A stretch of 64,000 nucleotides of DNA from a virus, in IMG/VR virus record IMGVR_UViG_3300045009_000924, positions 39,249 through 103,248 of that record; one strand, 5' to 3'. Positions within the stretch are counted from its first letter, which is position 1, and the number at the start of each line of letters is the position of its first letter. Below the pieces are notes generated by a model. It was not told where the DNA came from. It ran no database searches and worked only from the letters and a program-made list of their open reading frames with translations. This document shows positions 54,693 through 63,522 of this stretch, piece by piece. The translations under genes were made by a program, and so were the position numbers.

Positions 54693-55024
54693 CAATTGAA
54701 CTTACCGAAGAGACATTTGACGAATTCTTAAAATCATCGCAACTTCCAGTTTTTGTTGATTTTTGGGCACCTTGGTGTGGTCCATGCAGGCTGGTTAGTC
54801 CAACCATTGAGTACCTGTCCCAACAAGAAGACAGATTGGTCAATTTTGCCAAAGTCGATGTTCAGGAATTTCCAGAAATGTCGCGCAAATATGATTTTGT
54901 CACGATTCCCACTTTCATTCTTTTTAAAAACGGAGAGTTGGTTACAAAAATAAAGCCAAACGGATTTTCTGCTGCATCGATTGTGGAAAGCATACGCACC
55001 GCATTGGCTGAACGGGGGCTGTAA
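54689..55024 (+). CDS. trxA: Thioredoxin
   Basis: VDFWAPWCGPC; cis-Pro motif IPT. Confidence 0.93.
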   Translation: MTIELTEETFDEFLKSSQLPVFVDFWAPWCGPCRLVSPTIEYLSQQEDRLVNFAKVDVQEFPEMSRKYDFVTIPTFILFKNGELVTKIKPNGFSAASIVESIRTALAERGL

Positions 55025-55038
55025 CCCGCAGGTTTGTG

Positions 55039-55111
55039 GGGCCGGTAGCTCAGTGGTGAGAGCGACACTCTTATAAGGTGTGGGTCGTGGGTTCAATTCC
55101 CACTCGGCCCA
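55039..55111 (+). tRNA. tRNA-Ile(UAU)
   Basis: Cloverleaf: acceptor GGGCCGG/TCGGCCC, anticodon arm ACACT-CTTATAA-GGTGT, T-loop TTCAATT. No encoded CCA. Confidence 0.88.
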
Positions 55112-55123
55112 CAAAAACATGTG

Positions 55124-55195
55124 GGGCCGGTAGCTCAGTGGTAGAGTGGCACTTTTACATGGTGCTGGTCGGGGGTTCAATTCCCTCTCGGCTCA
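55124..55195 (+). tRNA. tRNA-Val(UAC)
   Basis: Cloverleaf: acceptor GGGCCGG/TCGGCTC, anticodon arm GCACT-TTTACAT-GGTGC. Confidence 0.82.
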
Positions 55196-55262
55196 CTCCA
55201 CAGCAAATGGACTAATGTTTCTAATTTAGTGCGAGGCTACATCAAAGCAAAGGAGACCCAAA

Positions 55263-55643
55263 ATGTCGGTTGAAACAAAAGAAATTGAACATTTCGTCAA
55301 ATCTGGTTCTATGAGCGATGCCGTGATACATTTTATTCTTGTGTTCAACAAATCTTCAAAGAACGCCACTTTTGATTTGCTTTACCAAGCGAATCACCAG
55401 AAATACAAAAGCAGGAAAAATTTGAGAGATTGCTTACGCAGATTATTGAAGAACGGTCTCATTAGCGCAGATTTAAATGGTAACTATTTCTTGACTTCCA
55501 TGGGTGTTGAAACTATACAAAAACTTGCTCTTGAAAGAAAACGGAAACACGCTTTAGCATACGATAAACAAGCTTACAAATGCAAAGACCCGAACCTACC
55601 TGGGGCCACCTATGATACCCACTTTGAGAATCAATACTTTTGA
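55263..55643 (+). CDS. Winged-helix-like protein
   Basis: LRRLLKNGLI....Y.LT..G pattern; SD aaggag. Confidence 0.55.
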   Translation: MSVETKEIEHFVKSGSMSDAVIHFILVFNKSSKNATFDLLYQANHQKYKSRKNLRDCLRRLLKNGLISADLNGNYFLTSMGVETIQKLALERKRKHALAYDKQAYKCKDPNLPGATYDTHFENQYF

Positions 55644-55659
55644 TTGTCAAAGCGTTTTC

Positions 55660-55732
55660 GGGCCGTTAGCTCAGTGGTTAGAGCGGAGCACTCATAATGC
55701 TTTGGCCGTAGGTTCAATTCCTACACGGCCCA
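55660..55732 (+). tRNA. tRNA with CAU anticodon (Ile2-like; Met not excluded)
   Basis: Acceptor GGGCCGT/ACGGCCC, anticodon arm GAGCA-CTCATAA-TGCTT. The body resembles tRNA-Ile and lacks initiator features. Confidence 0.85.
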
Positions 55733-55736
55733 CAAA

Positions 55737-56084
55737 ATGATTATGAACCATCATAATGTTTATGATTTTTCCGAATGGAACACGTTTGTTTTGGTAATTA
55801 TTGTCTCATGTATCACGATGGGATTTTATGTAAAATACATTGAGCGTAAAGAGAATGATAAAGTAGGTTTAAGTAAGGACGCGACAATGACTAGAAAAGC
55901 ACGACCGTGGCACATATTTCGAAGAATGAATTATGTTGAGGAATCGATAGCCAAGGAAAGACTCTCAACATGTAGACAGTGTTCAAGATTCATAAAAGCG
56001 TCGCAACAATGTGTTGAATGTGGTTGTTTTATGCATATAAAAACAAAATTGAAAGGTGCCGAGTGTCCACTCGGCTATTGGTAG
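55737..56084 (+). CDS. Cys-rich small protein (R...C..C...C..CGC...K.....CP...W); the start may be 55887
   Basis: Common phage Cys motif; SD-like aagga precedes ATG 55887. Confidence 0.6.
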   Translation: MIMNHHNVYDFSEWNTFVLVIIVSCITMGFYVKYIERKENDKVGLSKDATMTRKARPWHIFRRMNYVEESIAKERLSTCRQCSRFIKASQQCVECGCFMHIKTKLKGAECPLGYW

Positions 56085-56092
56085 CATTTCAT

Positions 56093-56305
56093 ATGTCTCC
56101 GGCAGGGCTGCCACCACTATTTGTTTGCAAGGTTTGCGGATTGCCGATTGACCAAAACAGCGTCGGGGTTGAGAGAAAAGCCGTGGTCTGGTTGAAGTCG
56201 AAAGGTACATCTGTTTCTAGAGTTGTAGAAGAACTACATGATTATAAGCACACTTTTTGCAGCGACAAAATGAATATTGATTTCATACAAGACGCGCTTT
56301 TTTAA
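56093..56305 (+). CDS. Small Zn-finger-like protein
   Basis: CKVCG...H..C. Confidence 0.5.
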   Translation: MSPAGLPPLFVCKVCGLPIDQNSVGVERKAVVWLKSKGTSVSRVVEELHDYKHTFCSDKMNIDFIQDALF

Positions 56306-56319
56306 CTCGAAAATGCACT

Positions 56320-56340
56320 AACCCCCGTATTGGGTTTTTT
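56320..56340 (+). terminator. Possible intrinsic terminator
   Basis: Stem aaccc/gggtt plus a T-run at the end of the plus-strand block. Confidence 0.45.
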
Positions 56341-56505
56341 GTGGCAAAATTGATAGTGAGCATAGTGGCGTAGATTTTTATGGCAAAAAAGAAAAAAGAA
56401 GACAAAGAACCAGAACAATTTAGGCGTTCCGTAGTCTTTGTTAATGAAATAAAAGTCGTGAAACGGCCCCCAAAAATAGGCAATTATAAATGCTGTCGTT
56501 AATTT

Positions 56506-56793
56506 TTACTTCTTTGTAAAAATATTTCGCCAATTTGACGGGGAATGATTTTCTTCCACGGCTTTCTTGTGCTCTTCGTTTTCATAAAGTCTTATAATGT
56601 GGATGCACATATCGTCGCCGGCATCCCAGGCCACATCATCTTCCTTGCTGGTGGGTAGACCGTCATGTGTGTAACACACCGGTGGACCACACCAACCGCG
56701 TTCAATCCCAATTTTCATCCATTCATCAAATGACAGCTTCAGCAAGTCATCATCAGAATGGATTTTCTTCATTCGTGAGTGCCAGTTGCACAA
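56506..56793 (-). CDS. Hypothetical protein
   Basis: GWCGPPVC.THDG.P...C.H..R motif. Confidence 0.65.
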   Translation of the reverse strand: MCNWHSRMKKIHSDDDLLKLSFDEWMKIGIERGWCGPPVCYTHDGLPTSKEDDVAWDAGDDMCIHIIRLYENEEHKKAVEENHSPSNWRNIFTKK

Positions 56794-56968
56794 GATTCGT
56801 GACTTTTGAATTTTTGGGTGAGGTTGTATTTTTAACCGATTTTTTTGACTTGATGCTGATGGCTGCTTTCTTGTTTTTTGCCTTCTTGTTTTTTGCTGGG
56901 GCCTTCTTCTTTACTGGGGCCTTCTTCTTTTGGGGGGCTTTTGGGGCCGGTTTCTTTTTCGTTGCCAT
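56753..56968 (-). CDS. Histone-H1-like Lys/Ala/Pro-rich small protein
   Basis: MATKKKPAPKAPQKKKAPVKKKAPAKNKK... Confidence 0.55.
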   Translation of the reverse strand: MATKKKPAPKAPQKKKAPVKKKAPAKNKKAKNKKAAISIKSKKSVKNTTSPKNSKVTNLVQLALTNEENPF

Positions 56969-57094
56969 TGTGTTTTTTTTCCTTAGTTTGTGCCTGTTGT
57001 TGCAATTCGCCACAGGAAACTTTCCTGGCGGCAATAAAAGACTATAGCCGGAAATCACCCCGCAATACAACCTCCTTCGGGTTTCCCGGAATTT

Positions 57095-57137
57095 GGTGGG
57101 GGTGGGGGGTGGGGGGTGGGGGTGGGGGGGGGGGGGG
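57095..57137 (+). repeat. G-run tract (G5-G6 runs separated by single T, then a long G run)
   Basis: Directly visible in a divergent intergenic region. Confidence 0.9.
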
Positions 57138-57253
57138 CAAAATATTTTACTCAAAGTAGGTTGTTTTTCTGTTGACAATACAACTATGGTGTATTCAGCC
57201 CCACTGGGGGGTTCTCATCAACAACCTAAAAGAAATTGGAGAAACTACACAAC

Positions 57254-58180
57254 ATGAAAAAGAAAACACCACAAGACGCAGACCTGAAAAAGATTCTTCG
57301 GTCCAGCAAGCAATTGTCTCGACTTGACGACTCCTCAATCAATGCAATTTCTACCGCAATTCTCGACTCTGAAATCATTGTTCCCAAGCCAGCGGACGAA
57401 ATTGATTCAGCTGAATTGACAGGAGGTGTTGTCGAGCTGTCTAAGTTTGACATTGTTCTTTTGGCGTTGGTTTCTAACCCCAAGCAGTGGTTCCTCGTTC
57501 TTTCTGGAGATAAGCGACGACAGAATATGTCGGGCATTTATCAGTTTGGTGGATGTTTTGAGATGATTCGCAAAAACGAAAATGGGAAAATCAATCACTA
57601 CGCTCGCTACAACGGCAAACCAATGAACGAGGCAGGAAAGCGCCGCATGGAATCACTGCGCAAGAAAGTTGAGAAGCTCGGTGACGCAGCCAAGAAAAAC
57701 GGTGTCATAAAAATTCATGACGCCACCCCGAAATTCAAAAAGAACAAACTGGCCACTCCAAAACAAGCAATAACACATTACTCAAAGAAAACCCGCAAGA
57801 TTTCGGCGAAAAAGAAAACCTCCAAAATCTCTCTCGAACATGCCAAAACGTACCCCCTGAATGAAGAGGAGAGGGCGTTTCTTCACTTCCTTAGCCTGAC
57901 ACCGCGAATAGAATATCTGGTTTCTTCCGCAAGCAAAAAGCAAAATGCATGGTTCACGTTCCGCTGGAAATGGCAAAACCGCTATGGATTTGACATGAGC
58001 CAAATTGTGATTCGCCAAGAGAAGCAAGCCGATGGAATGTATTCCACCTACATGACATACACACCAAACGCTGCCAACATGATGAATCCTGGACTCAAGA
58101 ACTTGGTCGATTTCCTTGGGTCAAAGAGACAAAAAAACAAATCACCAATCCATCAAATCACCGAAAATCAAGTCAGCTGA
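57254..58180 (+). CDS. Hypothetical basic protein
   Basis: SD ggag upstream; ~308-aa ORF. Confidence 0.7.
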   Translation: MKKKTPQDADLKKILRSSKQLSRLDDSSINAISTAILDSEIIVPKPADEIDSAELTGGVVELSKFDIVLLALVSNPKQWFLVLSGDKRRQNMSGIYQFGGCFEMIRKNENGKINHYARYNGKPMNEAGKRRMESLRKKVEKLGDAAKKNGVIKIHDATPKFKKNKLATPKQAITHYSKKTRKISAKKKTSKISLEHAKTYPLNEEERAFLHFLSLTPRIEYLVSSASKKQNAWFTFRWKWQNRYGFDMSQIVIRQEKQADGMYSTYMTYTPNAANMMNPGLKNLVDFLGSKRQKNKSPIHQITENQVS

Positions 58181-58222
58181 ACAACAGGGGGGCGGTGGTT
58201 CCGGACAGGTGTTGCGTCATAC

Positions 58223-58408
58223 ATGGATTCCAGGCGCAACATTCTGTTCGGTTCCGCTGACAAAGTCCCAAAAACTCTAGCAGATTTTAAAATCTGGCTT
58301 CTTTATAGGTATCCAGAGCAGAGATTCTTCCTTGACATATCTCAAGAAACTTACACTATTCTTAGAGATAATCAAATAAAACTCGAAGAGAGGGCAAATG
58401 ACAAGTAG
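58223..58408 (+). CDS. Small hypothetical protein
   Basis: In-operon. Confidence 0.45.
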   Translation: MDSRRNILFGSADKVPKTLADFKIWLLYRYPEQRFFLDISQETYTILRDNQIKLEERANDK

Positions 58409-58652
58409 AGATACCTACGACATTGAACAACACGAAAAAGAAAAAAAGACAACCAACATTCAACCCGCTTTATTAATTAAATTAATGATGGAAGCCGAAC
58501 CATGTCTATTTGCTAATAAATCAAAGCCAGCGATAAAGCCATATGAAATATCGCCAAATATTTTTACTATGTATATGTTTTTCCTCGAAGCAGCTAGAAA
58601 GCACGCCAAAATTCAGATAGATTTTGACAAATCGCTGACGAAACAACCATAA
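58398..58652 (+). CDS. Small hypothetical protein
   Basis: SD gagg; overlapping start. Confidence 0.5.
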   Translation: MTSRDTYDIEQHEKEKKTTNIQPALLIKLMMEAEPCLFANKSKPAIKPYEISPNIFTMYMFFLEAARKHAKIQIDFDKSLTKQP

Positions 58653-58662
58653 AATATTATTT

Positions 58663-60594
58663 ATGAGGCTTTATTTGGACAAAAGCGAAATAGTTTTAGA
58701 TTTTCCATTTAATCAGACTCAGGTTAATGAGATAAAACAAATTCCAGGAGCGAAATGGGACAAACTTTCACGAGTTTGGAGACTTCCACTTACCTCAATG
58801 AACGAAGGTAGGGAATTTGCTATTCGACACGGATTTGAAGTGTCTGTTGATGCAATGAAATTTGACGTGCCGCAAAAAAAAGCAAATAAATCGCGCGTAT
58901 TTCTGCAAGATGGAATGATTTATATGCGCTTTCCATATGAACGGGTTGTAATCAAAGCCGTCAAACAGGTTCCGGCTGTTTCCTGGGACTCAAAAGCCTA
59001 TTCGTGGCGAGCCCCCCAGTCGTCAATTCAGTCAGTGATTGAGTGGGCTGACAGTTTTGGCATAGAAGTTGAGCAAGATGTGCGAATGATTTCTGATTCA
59101 GTAGTAACAAAAATGAATAATTTTATTGAAGCATCTCGCTCTATTAGTGCGGATATTGAGATTCCAACCCTTACTGGAAATTTACTTCCATATCAATGTG
59201 CCGGTGTTGTTTATGCTGCCAAAACCATGCGGACATTTATCGCGGATGAAATGGGGCTTGGAAAAACTATACAGGCCATAGCGACAGTTGAGCACGTAAT
59301 GGACTCATACCCGGCTGTAGTTGTATGTCCTCCAAGTCTGGTGCTCAACTGGGTGATGGAGTGGAATAAATGGCTTCCAAGACTTCGCGTCACCGCTGTA
59401 ACAAATAGAAAAACTTTCCCCGATTTTGGTTCCTATGATGTGGTTGTTGTTGGGTATAGCAATATTTCTCATTGGCAAAAAAATTTGATGGGACACAGGG
59501 CATATATATTTGATGAATCCCATTACTGCAAAACGCCCAACGCTCAAAGAACAAAATCAGCAATCAAAATTGCTCACAGCGCGCCCAAAAACACTATTAT
59601 TTTGTGTCTCACCGGCACCCCAGTAACAAATAGGCCAAACGAATATGCAAGTCAATTAGATATTCTGGGAAGATTAAAAGATTTTGGCGGGCTTTGGGGT
59701 TTCTATCGCCGTTACTGCGCTGCATATCAAGATTCTTTTGGCGTGTGGAATATTAGCGGCCACTCACATTTGGATGAATTAAACGACAGATTGCGCGGCT
59801 CTTGCTATATTAGGAGAACCAAAGACCAAGTTCTTTCCGAATTGCCCCCAGTCATACACAGTAAAGTTGTGGTAGATGGAAATTCTAATGCAATGAAAGA
59901 ATATAAAAAAGCAGAAAAAGACATAATCTTATACATCGCCGAGCGAGCTAGAGAAATAGCCAAAGAACAAGGAAAGCCAATGTGGGGGGCAGCTATTTCG
60001 GCAATGATTCGCGCAGAGGCAAATGAGCATCTTGTTCGCCTTTCCGTATTGAGAAAACTCGCAGCAAAAGCAAAAATGGAAGTAGTGGAGGAATGGATAA
60101 ATGCAAGACTCGAAAATGGCAAAAAAGTTGTTGTCGCTGCTCATCATCGCGATATCGTGGATGAAATCGCTCGCAAATATGGCAATATTCGAATTCAGGG
60201 TGGCATGGCGGTCGAGGAAGTGGAAAAAAATAAGCGCCGTTTTCAAACGGAATCGGTAGAAAGTGCTCCAGTGATTGTTTTGTCTATTCAGGCAGCAAAA
60301 ACCGGACATACGCTAACTGCTGCAGAAGAGTGCTTATTTGTTGAGCTCCCATGGACTCCGGCCGATGTTGACCAGACCTATTCACGTCTGCACAGAATCG
60401 GCCAAAAAGGCTCGGTTACGGCAACCTATCTTTTGACAGTTGACACGATTGACGAAGAAATATACACTCTTATTGAAAAGAAGAGGTCTGTTGTGGATGC
60501 CGCAGTTGACGGTGGTGAATTTGCAGAGGAAAGCGAAACGGTTCAATTAATTATGAATCTAATGAGAAAGAACAAAGATGAACAAGTGCTGTGA
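58663..60594 (+). CDS. SNF2-family helicase with two N-terminal HARP-like repeats
   Basis: IADEMGLGKTIQ, IFDESH, LTGTP, IRRTK, SRLHRIGQ; two FP[FY]....IK.[IV]P...WD.....W..P repeats. Confidence 0.9.
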   Translation: MRLYLDKSEIVLDFPFNQTQVNEIKQIPGAKWDKLSRVWRLPLTSMNEGREFAIRHGFEVSVDAMKFDVPQKKANKSRVFLQDGMIYMRFPYERVVIKAVKQVPAVSWDSKAYSWRAPQSSIQSVIEWADSFGIEVEQDVRMISDSVVTKMNNFIEASRSISADIEIPTLTGNLLPYQCAGVVYAAKTMRTFIADEMGLGKTIQAIATVEHVMDSYPAVVVCPPSLVLNWVMEWNKWLPRLRVTAVTNRKTFPDFGSYDVVVVGYSNISHWQKNLMGHRAYIFDESHYCKTPNAQRTKSAIKIAHSAPKNTIILCLTGTPVTNRPNEYASQLDILGRLKDFGGLWGFYRRYCAAYQDSFGVWNISGHSHLDELNDRLRGSCYIRRTKDQVLSELPPVIHSKVVVDGNSNAMKEYKKAEKDIILYIAERAREIAKEQGKPMWGAAISAMIRAEANEHLVRLSVLRKLAAKAKMEVVEEWINARLENGKKVVVAAHHRDIVDEIARKYGNIRIQGGMAVEEVEKNKRRFQTESVESAPVIVLSIQAAKTGHTLTAAEECLFVELPWTPADVDQTYSRLHRIGQKGSVTATYLLTVDTIDEEIYTLIEKKRSVVDAAVDGGEFAEESETVQLIMNLMRKNKDEQVL

Positions 60595-61126
60595 TTGTCA
60601 AAAAGATATAGATATCAACGTTGATGATTTCGGATGGAGTGCAACTAGACGCAGTATTTTGTGTGAAGATTGCAGAATGGGTGACGCGGAATCCCTATCC
60701 ACCATTTATATTGCCAATGAAGATTGTGTCAATACTTATTTAATTGGCACGCACCTCAGGATGGACGAAAAAGGAAATGAGATGGAAGGCTTAAAATTTG
60801 ACATAAATAGAGACTGGATATCGATTGGTGGATACAGGGGACACTATAAAACAATTATTAATGGCTGGGAGGAAATACTTTCCGGATGGTCTACCGGAGA
60901 CTGGGACGACGATGTTGGCACAAGAAAAGCGCCATTCAATAAATGGGCTGCAGATATAATTTGCGCAACCATGCTTCCGCCCCCACATTCACAAATAGCA
61001 GTAGTTGCCGACCCAACCAGCAATGTTTTCTCCACGCGTATTTCTGTATTTTGTGAAAATTCAAACCCCATTAGGGAATGGATGGGTGAAAATCTAATCA
61101 AACAACTAAGTTATTCGCTGTCGTGA
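60578..61126 (+). CDS. Hypothetical protein with an N-terminal Zn ribbon
   Basis: C.DC...CEDC. Confidence 0.65.
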   Translation: MNKCCDCQKDIDINVDDFGWSATRRSILCEDCRMGDAESLSTIYIANEDCVNTYLIGTHLRMDEKGNEMEGLKFDINRDWISIGGYRGHYKTIINGWEEILSGWSTGDWDDDVGTRKAPFNKWAADIICATMLPPPHSQIAVVADPTSNVFSTRISVFCENSNPIREWMGENLIKQLSYSLS

Positions 61127-61140
61127 ACAAAATTATTCAC

Positions 61141-61216
<76 letters not shown>

Positions 61217-61339
61217 ATTCAACCCATCGGGGATATTTTCAAATAAGAGAAAAAAAATATTCATGCGAAAACGGTAGCAAGTCAAAAAATTTTTTTAGAA
61301 AAACAGCATATACAGAAAGGTTGGATAGATTTAACCCAT

Positions 61340-61825
61340 ATGAGCAATCCTAGATATAGAAAATCGCCACCCCCTTGGAATTCTCCATTCCAAACACCAG
61401 AAGACCGAGAAAAAGCTTTGAAGGAGGCACGGGAGTATCAGGATTTTATTTTTTCGGCTATCCGCAGCAAAATTCCGGACATGAAAACAACAAATCGGCT
61501 CACTAAAACTCAACAAAAGATAATTCGGGCCCTGGTCGCCAAGTGCACGAAATTTTGTCCACACATAGATTCACTCATTATGCCTAAAGTAAATCATTGT
61601 ATCTTTCCCGAAATAGGTACGGTTTCCTGTTATGTGTGTGCGGACGACTTCCTGAAATTAATCGCTCAAGAATCAGATAACAATTGCAATTATTGTGGAC
61701 TGGAGAACGATAATTTTGTTGCATTCAGCGTCCCACTCGGAACCGGTGGTTTGGTATCTTTCAATCTGGGCACAAAATGCTGCGCCGGCAAGCTCACGGG
61801 AGAGAAATACCCCGAAAGCGAATAA
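61340..61825 (+). CDS. Cys-rich hypothetical protein
   Basis: CPH...CYVC...CNYC...CC. Confidence 0.6.
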   Translation: MSNPRYRKSPPPWNSPFQTPEDREKALKEAREYQDFIFSAIRSKIPDMKTTNRLTKTQQKIIRALVAKCTKFCPHIDSLIMPKVNHCIFPEIGTVSCYVCADDFLKLIAQESDNNCNYCGLENDNFVAFSVPLGTGGLVSFNLGTKCCAGKLTGEKYPESE

Positions 61826-61893
61826 AAAAATTTTTTAGAATACTGATAAATTTCAGATAAATTTATCCCACAACACAGGAGTAATTTATATAT

Positions 61894-62166
61894 ATGAGCA
61901 ACACTGAAATCACCAGCATCAAAGATGTGACGATTTATGGTTCTGGCATATGGCTGGAAATGGGGGGTCAGGAATGGCTCATTATTAGTTCTTTCCTCGA
62001 AGCAGATTTATACAAAGTTGCACGATATGTCAACAGGATGGTGCTAGAAAAGTATGCATCAATCAATATTTCCGGTGAAACGAAAGAAGATGAAATCATC
62101 GCCGGCCTTTTTTCAAAAATATTTCCACCACGAAACAACAAGCAGGAGGAACAGCTCGGTGGGTGA
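61894..62166 (+). CDS. Hypothetical protein
   Basis: SD caggag upstream. Confidence 0.6.
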   Translation: MSNTEITSIKDVTIYGSGIWLEMGGQEWLIISSFLEADLYKVARYVNRMVLEKYASINISGETKEDEIIAGLFSKIFPPRNNKQEEQLGG

Positions 62167-62338
62167 CGATAACAATGATGAAATCGAGACATTCATTATT
62201 AGATTACAAAAATCAGATAATAACGATATAAAAAATATCAATACTGAATCACTAATCAAATCACTTCTACAAAAAGGAAACTTTTTCCGAGTGGAAGAAA
62301 TAGTCAAAAGTGGAAAAAGAGGTAAAATAATTTCATGA
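62159..62338 (+). CDS. Small hypothetical protein
   Basis: GTG start after ggagga; coupled at both ends. Confidence 0.4.
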   Translation: MGDDNNDEIETFIIRLQKSDNNDIKNINTESLIKSLLQKGNFFRVEEIVKSGKRGKIIS

Positions 62339-62907
62339 AAAAACTACTACTAGCAACCATTATTTCACTTATTGTGTTTATTGCGTTTTCAGTGAGTGCT
62401 AATGCAAGGATGCATTCGAGTTACTGCGACATTGGTTATTCATACAATGTAGCAACCAATACTTGTGAACCATATTGGTTAGATTTTTCTGAAGACGATG
62501 GCCGTAATTCATATGTACAGCTGGGTGTCCAATCGTCAAATAAGGGATATGAAAATGGATTCATGCTTACATATTGGCTTGAAGTTATTTGTGTAAAACA
62601 AAATCTTTTAGTTCGTGTTTATAATTATCCTTTTGGTTTATATGCAAACGCAAGTCTTTATGGAGCTGGTTCTGGTCAAGTGAAATTCGATAATACACAA
62701 CCCAAAACAGTCAAGTATCAAAGAACATATGACGATGCGGGTGTTTGGCTTTCTGATGCGCGTGGATTCGTGCGCGGATTGATGAAGTCCAATTCTTCTG
62801 TTTCATTTAAGATTTTCGGAACAAATGGTCCCCATATCGCCACATTCCCAAAGGGTAACGTTGGTTCTTATGAGCAACTACTCCGCAAGAAGGGTTGCAA
62901 CTTCTAG
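62335..62907 (+). CDS. Secreted hypothetical protein
   Basis: Sec-type signal peptide MKKLLL...SANA. Confidence 0.7.
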   Translation: MKKLLLATIISLIVFIAFSVSANARMHSSYCDIGYSYNVATNTCEPYWLDFSEDDGRNSYVQLGVQSSNKGYENGFMLTYWLEVICVKQNLLVRVYNYPFGLYANASLYGAGSGQVKFDNTQPKTVKYQRTYDDAGVWLSDARGFVRGLMKSNSSVSFKIFGTNGPHIATFPKGNVGSYEQLLRKKGCNF

Positions 62908-63168
62908 TTCCGGTTTCTCTGGCCAGAGGGATTCCACAAACGCGTGAGTGTCAGTAGACGCTTTGTCGTGGTAGAAGGGGTCGAGTGGCGAGTGGCGAAT
63001 TTGCTCAGCTATTTCTGGATGCAAATCATCAAGCTCTACAAAATACACCTGACCGTATCGGAGTTTTGAACCGGCTTTCTTTATCATTTCATAGTCAATG
63101 CTGACGTTCGCTATAAATTCGTTGTACGAGATGTACTTGGTCGTGTTGTTTTCTGTGTTGTTTTCCAT
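62878..63168 (-). CDS. Hypothetical protein (R.GQ.YF..L...DPFY motif)
   Basis: Motif recurrent in small phage proteins, recalled rather than searched. Confidence 0.6.
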   Translation of the reverse strand: MENNTENNTTKYISYNEFIANVSIDYEMIKKAGSKLRYGQVYFVELDDLHPEIAEQIRHSPLDPFYHDKASTDTHAFVESLWPEKPELEVATLLAE

Positions 63169-63189
63169 CTGTACATTATAATTGGATTT

Positions 63190-63432
63190 ATGAAAAAACC
63201 TCTCAATGACTGTGATTTATATAAACAGCCAGATGATGTGATAAAAGAGTATGAGGATAGGGCTTTTGTGGAAATGATGTTGAATAACTTAATTCCCTGT
63301 TGTGGGGGGCACCCCGGTGAGGGCAAGCATAAAAAATTGTTTTATCGAACAGCCTGTGAGATGTATGAGGCTGATAAACGAGAAAAAGAAAAGCCAAGAA
63401 GATTGAAGAAAAAATCAGATAAATCTAAGTGA
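63190..63432 (+). CDS. Small hypothetical protein
   Basis: 80-aa ORF divergent from the preceding gene. Confidence 0.45.
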   Translation: MKKPLNDCDLYKQPDDVIKEYEDRAFVEMMLNNLIPCCGGHPGEGKHKKLFYRTACEMYEADKREKEKPRRLKKKSDKSK

Positions 63433-63522
63433 TAAAGTTTGAAGTTAATTTTCTATGGCATAGCTGCCCACGGTGTCGCAGGGTGCGAGAAAAGTTAGCG
63501 CGGGGCTCATTTCGGCACGCCA

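Noticed and set aside
54734-55180. 148-aa minus-strand ORF
   Set aside because: It is antisense to thioredoxin and two tRNAs.
56969-57178. N-terminal poly-Pro extension of the histone-like ORF, and the opposite-strand poly-Gly ORF
   Set aside because: Both are translations of the G-tract. ATG 56968 is the more plausible start.
57172-57200. Sigma70 promoter at TTGACA 57172
   Set aside because: There is no convincing -10 hexamer at 16-18 bp spacing.
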